Below, in pieces: positions 19,947-29,051 of a stretch of DNA of 64,000 bases (positions are counted from its first letter, which is position 1; each line of letters opens with the position of its first letter). A program made the position numbers and the translations under genes. Source of the DNA: Candidatus Moraniibacteriota bacterium (lineage in GTDB: Bacteria; Patescibacteriota; Minisyncoccia; Moranbacterales; UBA1568); contig CP064975.1 in assembly GCA_016699425.1 (NCBI GenBank), positions 66,979 to 130,978 on the forward strand. Reading direction: 5' to 3'. The notes below the pieces were generated by a model. The model did no database searches. It saw only the letters and a program-made list of their open reading frames with translations, and was not told the origin of the DNA.

Positions 19947-21446
19947 ATGTCCAATCCGCTTATCGAAGAACTGAAAAAGGAACTCGCGCAATTCCATCAT
20001 GCAGTGGAACGAGAATCGATCGGTACCGTCCTTGAGGTCGGTGACGGCGTCGCACGCGTGGCGGGACTGTCCGAGGTCATGGCGTCGGAGATGGTGGAAT
20101 TCGAAAACGGGGCGCTCGGTGTCGCACTCAACCTCGAAGAGAGCGAAGTCGGTGTGATGATTATGAGTGAGATGGGTGACCTCTCCGAAGGTACGAAAGT
20201 TAAAGCAACGGGTCGTATTCTGTCAGTCCCAGTCGGTGAGGGGCTGGTCGGCCGTGTCGTGAATGCCCTCGGCAAAGCCATCGATGGCAAGGGCGAGATC
20301 AAGAGTGATATATTCTATCCTGTTGAAAAGATCGCGCCGGGTGTCATCACGCGCCAGTCGGTGCATCAACCGCTCCAGACGGGTATCAAGGCGATCGACG
20401 CGCTCATCCCAGTGGGTCGCGGCCAGCGCGAGCTCATCATCGGTGACCGACAGACGGGCAAGACCGCCGTCGCGATCGACACGATCATCAACCAAAAGGG
20501 ACAAGGTGTGCTCTGTATCTATGTCGCTATCGGCCAGAAGGCATCTAAAGTCGCTCGGATCAGAGCCGAGCTTGAGAAAGCCGGAGCGATGGAGTATACG
20601 ACAATCGTCGTCGCGGGTGTTTCCGAGTCTGCCGCGCTGTCCTATATCGCGCCCTATGCCGGTTGTGCCATGGGCGAATACTTCATGGATCAGGGGAAAG
20701 ACGTACTGGTCATCTATGATGATCTCTCCAAGCACGCGGTGGCGTATCGCCAGATCTCGCTCATCCTCCGTCGTCCGCCGGGTCGTGAAGCGTATCCCGG
20801 AGATGTCTTTTATGTCCACTCGCGGCTCTTGGAGCGCAGCGCAAAATTGAATGCCGAGAATGGCGGTGGATCGCTCACGGCGCTTCCTATCATCGAGACA
20901 CAGGCGGGTGATGTCTCGGCCTATATCCCGACCAATGTCATCTCGATCACAGACGGCCAGATCTATCTCGAGTCCGATCTTTTTTACAAGGGCATTCGTC
21001 CAGCCTTGAATGTCGGTATCTCGGTCTCACGCGTCGGATCAGCCGCTCAGATCAAGGCGATGAAACAGGTGGCGGGGACGCTTCGTCTCGACCTCGCCCA
21101 GTTCCGTGAGATGGAGGCTTTCGCACAGTTCGGCTCCGACCTCGATGAGAATACTCGTTCACTGATCGAGCGCGGTCGTCGAGCGGTGGAACTCTTGAAG
21201 CAGCCGCAGTATGCGCCGCTCACGGTCGAGAAAGAAGTCGCCCTCCTCTATGCACTCTCGCGGGGACACCTCGATGACATCGCGGTCGACGTACTGGGCC
21301 GATTTGAACAGGAGTTCCTCACATCACTCGAGTCAGATGGGGCAACAGTATTGGAAGCAATCCGTACCGAAAAAGCACTGACGGAAAATGTCGAAAGCCT
21401 CCTCAAGGAACATCTCCTCTCATTCAAGAAAGGTTTTGTTGCCTAA
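19947..21446 (+). CDS. atpA: F0F1 ATP synthase subunit alpha
   Basis: Walker A GDRQTGKT and high overall conservation; the start was moved to ATG at 19947 (MSNPLIEEL) just after the atpH stop. Confidence 0.95.
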   Translation: MSNPLIEELKKELAQFHHAVERESIGTVLEVGDGVARVAGLSEVMASEMVEFENGALGVALNLEESEVGVMIMSEMGDLSEGTKVKATGRILSVPVGEGLVGRVVNALGKAIDGKGEIKSDIFYPVEKIAPGVITRQSVHQPLQTGIKAIDALIPVGRGQRELIIGDRQTGKTAVAIDTIINQKGQGVLCIYVAIGQKASKVARIRAELEKAGAMEYTTIVVAGVSESAALSYIAPYAGCAMGEYFMDQGKDVLVIYDDLSKHAVAYRQISLILRRPPGREAYPGDVFYVHSRLLERSAKLNAENGGGSLTALPIIETQAGDVSAYIPTNVISITDGQIYLESDLFYKGIRPALNVGISVSRVGSAAQIKAMKQVAGTLRLDLAQFREMEAFAQFGSDLDENTRSLIERGRRAVELLKQPQYAPLTVEKEVALLYALSRGHLDDIAVDVLGRFEQEFLTSLESDGATVLEAIRTEKALTENVESLLKEHLLSFKKGFVA

Positions 21447-21455
21447 GAGATTTTT

Positions 21456-22349
21456 ATGCCATCCGGGAAAGACATTCGCCGACGTATCAAGGGCGTAAAG
21501 AGTACAGGAAAGATCACTCGAGCGATGGAGATGATTTCGGCTGTCAAAATGCGCCGGGCGGTCGAACGGGCACTGGCGATGCGGCCCTATGCGCAGGCAG
21601 TACTCTCCGTCCTCCATCGGGTGACGGTCGCCGTGAAACACGAACGGCATCCGCTCCTCCTCGAACGGCCGGTCAAGCGGGAGCTGTATGTGGTCATCAC
21701 GTCCAATCGTGGGCTGTGTGGTTCTTTCAATACCCAAGTCTTGAGAAAACTGCGTGAAGCACGGGCCGAAGACAAGGATCGGACGGCGGCATTTATCACA
21801 CTCGGCAAGAAAGGTGAACAGGCGGTTCGTCGGATGCAAGGTGATATCATCGCATCCTTTCCAGAAGTTTTCGAGTATCCACGAGTGACCGATATGCAGC
21901 CTATCGTGCGCATCATCCTGGACGAATTCCTCGCGGGCCGGGTGGACCGGGTGGTCATGGTCTACACGGACTATGTCTCGGCCCTGGTCCAAAAGGTGAA
22001 GGTCCGGGCGCTTCTCCCGGCGACCGAAAAGGACGCCAAGAAAATGCTCGACGAAATCGGACTGGAAACCAACGGAGACATGGGTGGTGGTGACTTCCTC
22101 ATCGAGCCGTTTCCCGAGACGGTGCTCGAGACGATCATCCCGCGGCTCATCGAAGCCGAGCTGTATCATGCCGTGCTCGAGTCCAATGCTTCACAGGAAG
22201 CCGCGCGCATGGTCGCGATGCGCAGTGCCACCGATGCCGCCCAAGAGATGACCGCTGACCTCACTCTTGCCTACAATCAGCTCCGTCAAGGCAAGATCAC
22301 TCAGGAGATCGCCGAGCTCAGTGCGGGCATGGCCGCGGTGCAGGGGTAG
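21456..22349 (+). CDS. atpG: F0F1 ATP synthase subunit gamma
   Basis: Conserved N-terminus IKGVKSTGKITRAMEMISAVKMRRA and C-terminal helix ITQEIAELSAG. Confidence 0.9.
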   Translation: MPSGKDIRRRIKGVKSTGKITRAMEMISAVKMRRAVERALAMRPYAQAVLSVLHRVTVAVKHERHPLLLERPVKRELYVVITSNRGLCGSFNTQVLRKLREARAEDKDRTAAFITLGKKGEQAVRRMQGDIIASFPEVFEYPRVTDMQPIVRIILDEFLAGRVDRVVMVYTDYVSALVQKVKVRALLPATEKDAKKMLDEIGLETNGDMGGGDFLIEPFPETVLETIIPRLIEAELYHAVLESNASQEAARMVAMRSATDAAQEMTADLTLAYNQLRQGKITQEIAELSAGMAAVQG

Positions 22350-22360
22350 GGACTGGGATG
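22345..22360 (+). repeat. 16-bp direct repeat copy 1 (GGTAGGGACTGGGATG), contains atpG stop codon
   Basis: Identical to 22958..22973. Confidence 0.8.
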
Positions 22361-22377
22361 CATGATGTACGAGTACT

Positions 22378-22962
22378 ATGAAGAAGACGATGAAAAACCT
22401 GGTAGCGGTTCCGAGCGAACATATCATCAAGCAGATTTTCTGGCTGCGTGGTGAGAAAGTGATGCTGGACTCCGATCTAGCAGAAATGTATGCTGTTGAA
22501 GTTAAGGTTCTGAATCAGGCGATCAAGCGAAATATCGAGCGCTTTCCGAAGGACTTTATGTTTCAGCTGACGTTCGAAGAGGCGAATCTGATGCTTGGTT
22601 CAAGGTCACAGTCTGTGACCTTGAACGAGGAAGGAGATAGCCGGATGCAGCCACAAACTGTGACTCCAAAGAGAGGTAAGAACATCAAATATGCCCCCTA
22701 TGCTTTCACCGAACAGGGAGTGGCGATGCTGTCGAGTGTGCTCAAGAGCGAGCGAGCGGTCCAGGTGAATATCCAGATCATCCGGACCTTCGTCGAGCTA
22801 CGGAAGATGCTTGTCACGCACGAGGCGTTGCGGAAGAAGATCGAGGCGATGGAACGAAAATACGATAAGCGGTTCCGAGCGGTGTTTGATGTATTGCGGC
22901 AGCTTTTGAAGGAAGAGGCAGAGCCGAAAAAGAAAATCGGATTCGAGGAAAAGAAAAGGTAG
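22378..22962 (+). CDS. ORF6N-domain (KilA-N-like) DNA-binding protein
   Basis: FWLRGEKVMLDSDLAEMYAVEVKVLNQAIKRNIERFPKDFMFQL is the ORF6N signature; the gene interrupts the atp operon between atpG and atpD. Confidence 0.8.
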   Translation: MKKTMKNLVAVPSEHIIKQIFWLRGEKVMLDSDLAEMYAVEVKVLNQAIKRNIERFPKDFMFQLTFEEANLMLGSRSQSVTLNEEGDSRMQPQTVTPKRGKNIKYAPYAFTEQGVAMLSSVLKSERAVQVNIQIIRTFVELRKMLVTHEALRKKIEAMERKYDKRFRAVFDVLRQLLKEEAEPKKKIGFEEKKR

Positions 22963-22973
22963 GGACTGGGATG
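22958..22973 (+). repeat. 16-bp direct repeat copy 2 (GGTAGGGACTGGGATG), contains ORF6N stop codon
   Basis: Identical to 22345..22360; immediately followed by the TGGAATCTGGAATCTTGG mini-repeat. Confidence 0.8.
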
Positions 22974-23116
22974 TGGAATCTGGAATCTTGGGGTGAAGAC
23001 CAAAATTCTAGATTCTAAATTCGAGACTCGGGTTTAGACAGTTGTTTGGAAAAAAGAAAAAAGACATACTATTGCGGTATGTCAGCGCGTAGTGTTGCTG
23101 ATGTGGCAGCCTATCA

Positions 23117-23383
23117 TCACTTAGGAAGTGTGGTGGCCCAGGCTACCAGCTCTTGAGAACGACACCGTATGCGTTCTCGAGAACCTGGAAACATTACTTC
23201 ATGCGCCGCCATTCTTTCTTCTTCGCTCATGCCGGCAAAAAGCTCATCATACGCTTCAAGGTATGTCCTATCAAGCTCATGAATTGCTTCTTCGTTGAGA
23301 GCAGCCAGTCTTTTTTCAAGATCAGCCTGGTTTAACGAATCCAATGCTTCTTCCAGTGTATGATACTTGGGGATTGACCGCAT
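23117..23383 (-). CDS. hypothetical small protein (88 aa), antisense to atp operon orientation
   Basis: A strong AGGAGG RBS lies 8 nt upstream of ATG (MRSIPKYHTLEEALDSL...), so the ORF-track GTG start was trimmed; no known domain. Confidence 0.55.
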   Translation of the reverse strand: MRSIPKYHTLEEALDSLNQADLEKRLAALNEEAIHELDRTYLEAYDELFAGMSEEERMAAHEVMFPGSRERIRCRSQELVAWATTLPK

Positions 23384-23444
23384 TTCCACTTCCTCCTATG
23401 TTGAAGTTCAAGGTAAAGGACTAGAAAAATAGTGTAGTATAAAA

Positions 23445-23476
23445 TTGAAAAAAAGTCAATCTCATTTACTATAACT
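23445..23476 (+). promoter_or_regulatory. candidate sigma70-like promoter for atpD (TTGAAA ... TATAAC) in AT-rich spacer
   Basis: Pattern match only in a 120-bp AT-rich gap; spacing is 16-19 nt depending on which -10 is chosen. Confidence 0.25.
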
Positions 23477-23495
23477 AATCAAGATTTCCCCCTAA

Positions 23496-24911
<1,416 letters not shown>

Positions 24912-24913
24912 CC

Positions 24914-25360
24914 ATGATCTCTCTCACTCTCAAATTGGTCACACCCGAACGCGCCGTTGCTCTGATGGAGGCGGCGGCAGTGACGCTCCCCATTGCGGAT
25001 GGAGATGTGACTATCCTCCCCACGCACACGCCGTATATCGGTGCGCTCAAGGCGGGCGAAGTCATCATTCGTTTGACGGATGGTAAGACGGAAAGCTTGG
25101 CGGTTTCTGGTGGATTTGTGGAGTTTGATACTAATACGCTCTCTATCTTAGCGGATACTGCCGAACGAGCTGAGGAGATTGATATGGAACGAGCCGAAGC
25201 GGCACGCGCACGGGCCGAAGCTATTCAGCTCAAGCAAGGAGCGATGGGCGAGGAAGAATACGCGCGTGTGGCGGCAGCTCTGGAAAAGGAAATGATTCGC
25301 ATCAGGGTAGTCCGCAAGCATCGGAGTCGCGTCGGACCGAATGTCATATCGCAGGAATAA
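24914..25360 (+). CDS. atpC: F0F1 ATP synthase subunit epsilon
   Basis: Beta-sandwich N-domain plus a helical C-terminus, in the expected position after atpD. Confidence 0.85.
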   Translation: MISLTLKLVTPERAVALMEAAAVTLPIADGDVTILPTHTPYIGALKAGEVIIRLTDGKTESLAVSGGFVEFDTNTLSILADTAERAEEIDMERAEAARARAEAIQLKQGAMGEEEYARVAAALEKEMIRIRVVRKHRSRVGPNVISQE

Positions 25361-25437
25361 TACTGTTCTGAACGGAAGAACGGGGAGGAGTGTTTATTGT
25401 TTCGGTACTGGTGCAATTTGCTGACAGGGAGTAGACT

Positions 25438-25465
25438 GAAGAGGTAGTCGGCCTCTTCGGTTTTT
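25438..25465 (+). terminator. intrinsic terminator of atp operon
   Basis: GAAGAGG-tagtcgg-CCTCTTC followed by GGTTTTT. Confidence 0.6.
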
Positions 25466-25487
25466 CGTAACACATAAACAAAATCAT

Positions 25488-26504
25488 ATGGCAGTGCGAC
25501 GCTCAGAGTGGCGGAAGCATGTGCGGGTGGGCGGATTCCTTCTTGTGTTTGTGCTTTTCGCTCCGGTACTTGGTATTTTCCTCGTGCAGACGCTTTCGCT
25601 GATTCCAAAACGGATACATGTCTCGATGCCGTCTCCGAGCTATCAGGACCAGTCGATGGTGTACAAGGGAGGGGTGATGATGGATCAACCGGGCGTGGCG
25701 GCAGCTGGTATAGATGGCGATATGCTGTGGCGCGGCGAACGGGATATCGTCCCGATGCCGATGGATGCAGTGACCATCCCGAGTTGGGGAACGACGACAC
25801 CAGTTTCGGCGGTTGACCAGAAAATGGTGAAAAGCGCCTCGCTTGATCTACGCGCTCAGAGTTTGGTATGGACAAGTAATCAGATTCAGGCATCGGCGAA
25901 GAATGTCGGCGGATATGTCGAGAGCGCCAATGTCTCGCAGCCGAAGAATGATGTCCAGACCGCATGGCTCGTCGTCCGAGTCCCCGTAGACCGTCTCGAC
26001 GTAGTGATCGAAGAAGCGAAGAAGGTGGCATCGTCGGTCATCAACGAGAACCTGAGCGCCGGAGACGTTACTGATCAGAGTATCGATCTCACGGCCCGGC
26101 TGAATGCGAAGCGAGCCGAAGAAACAGCGCTCGTCTCCCTCCTCGACAAGGCGACCAAAGTGAGTGATGTCATCGAGGTGACGGATCGTTTGGCGTTCGT
26201 TCGGAGTGAGATAGAGGGACTCGATGCGCAGCAGCGCCGGCTAGAAGGGCAGGTCGCCATGTCGTCGCTCTCGATATCGATTACCGAAGATCCGCGCGTC
26301 GTAATCAATGGCGATTCGGTGCGTGACGGCAATGTGATAAAGCAGTCAGTCAATGACCTCACTCGATGGTTGATCGCCCTGGGGAGTGCCCTCGGAGCTA
26401 TCATCATCAGCGGTCTCCCGGTGGTTCTGGTGTACGGATTTTTCCTCTGGGTTTTCTACCGGATCGGTGTCTTTGTCGCCGAGCGTGTCGTCGGACGGAA
26501 ATAG
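25488..26504 (+). CDS. DUF4349-like membrane-anchored protein
   Basis: N-terminal TM, central coiled-coil (LEGQVAMSSLSISI), C-terminal TM; this architecture is typical of the DUF4349 family. Confidence 0.55.
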   Translation: MAVRRSEWRKHVRVGGFLLVFVLFAPVLGIFLVQTLSLIPKRIHVSMPSPSYQDQSMVYKGGVMMDQPGVAAAGIDGDMLWRGERDIVPMPMDAVTIPSWGTTTPVSAVDQKMVKSASLDLRAQSLVWTSNQIQASAKNVGGYVESANVSQPKNDVQTAWLVVRVPVDRLDVVIEEAKKVASSVINENLSAGDVTDQSIDLTARLNAKRAEETALVSLLDKATKVSDVIEVTDRLAFVRSEIEGLDAQQRRLEGQVAMSSLSISITEDPRVVINGDSVRDGNVIKQSVNDLTRWLIALGSALGAIIISGLPVVLVYGFFLWVFYRIGVFVAERVVGRK

Positions 26505-26522
26505 TCTTGTACCCTAAAACTG

Positions 26523-26556
26523 AAAAAGCCCGACTCCTTGAGCCGGGCTTTTTGTC
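26523..26556 (+). terminator. intrinsic terminator
   Basis: AAAAAGCCCGACTCCTTGAGCCGGGCTTTTTGT. Confidence 0.6.
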
Positions 26557-26612
26557 CGCTTTCTTTTTCGGGTGATATACTGCAATCAAATATACTCAAA
26601 CCAAATTCTACC

Positions 26613-28853
26613 ATGCCCCGCTCTCTTCTCATCTTCCTCGCTCTCTTCATTCTCGCTACCACGACCCTCTCCCTCGTCCCCACCACGTCTCTCCACGCAG
26701 GCCTCATTCCCTGCGGCCTCTCCACCCCGGATCCCGATATCCTCGCTAGTACGGATCCTACTCAAGGCACATCCCGTTGCACCCTCTGCCACCTGTTAGT
26801 TGGCTTAAGTCGCATCGTCGTCTTCCTCCGAAACATCATGGCCGCAGTCGCGGTCGCCGTCTTGGTCGCGATGGCCATCATCTACCTCACCTCAGGGGGG
26901 AATGAAGGTCGCATGACCTTTGCCAAAGGAGGCATGTTCGCGGCTTTGATTGGACTCGGTGTCGTCCTCTTAGCCTGGGTCACGGTCAACTTCATCTTGA
27001 CGCTTCCCATCATCAATACTACAACCGGTCTCATCCGTACCGGTTGGGATACGGTGAGCTGTAGTACCACATCCCTCTCGACGGGAGCGGTGGCTACAAC
27101 CACCCCCACCCCTAGTACGGGCGGAGGTGGAGCAGGTGGCACGGGTGGAGGCCTGGGAGGTGGAGGTGATCTCGTCACCTTGCCCAGAGATACATCCGGC
27201 GCGGTCATTGTTGCTCCCATCGCTTCGCCAGCGAGCCTTGGTGTGACGGCTCCGTCTGCTTCGAGTGCAATCCTCTCATGGGGAGCAGTGCCTGGAGCGA
27301 CCGGGTATGAGGTGGAACGCTGTACGGGACTGACCTGTACCGTCTTTACCTCCCTGGGTACGTCCAATACCACGAGTTTTACCGACACCACCCTCACTCC
27401 CGGTACCAGCTATTCCTACCATGTCCGTGCGATCACCTCAGCTGGAGTCTCAACCTGGTCGAATGTGGTGGGAGTGACGACACCTGCCAATCCTGGGAGT
27501 ACGCCCGGGACCGGGGCGATGTGTCCCGATCCGGGGTCTCTCCAATTCCTGTATGGCAAGAGCTGGGTGAGTGATTTCACCCAAGCCGGCAACAACCTGC
27601 CCGTCCGTTGGGAAGTGAGTGTCGATGCCAACAACCAGCTCACCTATCGAGTCACCTGTCGGATGAGTCTCCTCGGCTGGGGAGCTGATCTGTCCCCTCA
27701 GATCACCGTCCCCATTGGGAGTGTCACAGGCAGCTCCTTCCAGGTCTTGAGTCCGGGGACCCAACGCCTGACGAATGCTCAGGGCAACTACTGTGAAGTG
27801 ACCCTCAATGCTTCGATCCTTTCCTACACCCCAAGGACGAGTGCCACGATGACCTTCCAGGGGCAGAACTTTGTCACGGGGGCGTGTTCGGGAGGGAGTG
27901 GGAGTGATGGGGGTGGAGGGAGTGGGGGGACGGATGGAGGAGGGGTGGTGTTGCCTGGGACGGGTGGCGAAGGGGCTTCTCGCTGGCTTGATCCTGCCGG
28001 TGGTGTCACTGTAAATGGTGAGCACTTCAATACGACAGCAGATATCACACGGGGATTGAATGCATATTATACCGGAGTCAATCAACTTGTCAGGAACCGA
28101 TGTGATGCAAGGCATTTGGGCAATCTGGGTGGGCATACGATTTGGATATACGATGATACTGGTACCGAATGTACCGCATACCGGGAGACGATGTCTGATT
28201 ACCAGGAAGCTTCCTATGCACTTCAGCGTGCCGAGAATCCTGATATGGTTACAATCAATGAGCAGCCCAGGTCCTGTAGCTTTGCGCAATACGCACCCGG
28301 CCCAGATATAAAAAGCACCGCATGGAATTGTAGCGCCGATGGGTTCACCTGCGGTTCCCTCGATCCTGGACAGTGGCGCCGGACAGAAGGGATTTTGATC
28401 CAGCTCTCGCCTGGTATCGCGTATACTATTCCCTACACCTATAATCCTGCCACTGATGGTGGTTTGGGATTTAATCTGTCCGTTCATCACTGGTTTGGTG
28501 ATGCCCCCTACAATAATGTTGATCTCTGGCTGTCGGCATCGCCGGGACAGGCTGCTGATACGGATTGTACATCCGCACTTGCTGGCGGAAGTGGAGGAAC
28601 TCCCTCGATCACCGTGAAGACAGGTTATTGCGAGCCGCCGCGTACCGGATACATCAATATCAAGGCGACATCGTGCCAGTATTTCAACACGAACGAACCC
28701 TACCAATTTAGGAGAGGGGGTGGAGACACTTGTTTGGTTAGGATTTTCGGCCCGGATGAGCTTGGCAGTTCCCCGATGCAAATCACCCTGAGTAACGGAA
28801 CAACCGGCGGTCGATCCTACACCTGCCCAGCAGATGTGAATAGCCCCAGGTAA
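26613..28853 (+). CDS. secreted TrbC/VirB2-like pilin domain fused to fibronectin type III and large C-terminal domain
   Basis: Signal peptide, then a two-TM segment with YLTSGGNEG between the helices (the same architecture as the 62-63.7 kb pilins), then a Gly-rich linker, an FN3-like module (SWGAVPGATGYEVERC...YSYHVRAITSAGVS) and ~400 aa of Cys-containing domain; the start was set to ATG at 26613 (the ORF-track start is TTG). Confidence 0.7.
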   Translation: MPRSLLIFLALFILATTTLSLVPTTSLHAGLIPCGLSTPDPDILASTDPTQGTSRCTLCHLLVGLSRIVVFLRNIMAAVAVAVLVAMAIIYLTSGGNEGRMTFAKGGMFAALIGLGVVLLAWVTVNFILTLPIINTTTGLIRTGWDTVSCSTTSLSTGAVATTTPTPSTGGGGAGGTGGGLGGGGDLVTLPRDTSGAVIVAPIASPASLGVTAPSASSAILSWGAVPGATGYEVERCTGLTCTVFTSLGTSNTTSFTDTTLTPGTSYSYHVRAITSAGVSTWSNVVGVTTPANPGSTPGTGAMCPDPGSLQFLYGKSWVSDFTQAGNNLPVRWEVSVDANNQLTYRVTCRMSLLGWGADLSPQITVPIGSVTGSSFQVLSPGTQRLTNAQGNYCEVTLNASILSYTPRTSATMTFQGQNFVTGACSGGSGSDGGGGSGGTDGGGVVLPGTGGEGASRWLDPAGGVTVNGEHFNTTADITRGLNAYYTGVNQLVRNRCDARHLGNLGGHTIWIYDDTGTECTAYRETMSDYQEASYALQRAENPDMVTINEQPRSCSFAQYAPGPDIKSTAWNCSADGFTCGSLDPGQWRRTEGILIQLSPGIAYTIPYTYNPATDGGLGFNLSVHHWFGDAPYNNVDLWLSASPGQAADTDCTSALAGGSGGTPSITVKTGYCEPPRTGYINIKATSCQYFNTNEPYQFRRGGGDTCLVRIFGPDELGSSPMQITLSNGTTGGRSYTCPADVNSPR

Positions 28854-29051
28854 TGTCAGTGGTTCTATTCTGTTGCTGTTGTCTGACTGAGCTGTTTACC
28901 AGGAGGACTGCAAACTTGTATTGTTTTTCTTGCAAATTGAATGGGATGGTGCAGGAGGAGAATCTGAGGATTTGATTTTGGGAGACCAGTTTATCCTTGA
29001 AAAGAGCCCCATTTCCCGCTAGAATGGGCGAGTAATCGTCCGTCTTTGCCT

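Noticed and set aside
28892-28903. A 12-nt exact match (CTGTTTACCAGG) to the most conserved stretch of SRP (4.5S) RNA domain IV, upstream of leuS.
   Set aside because: The flanking sequence lacks the GGAA tetraloop, the AGCAGC partner strand and a closing helix, so it cannot form domain IV.
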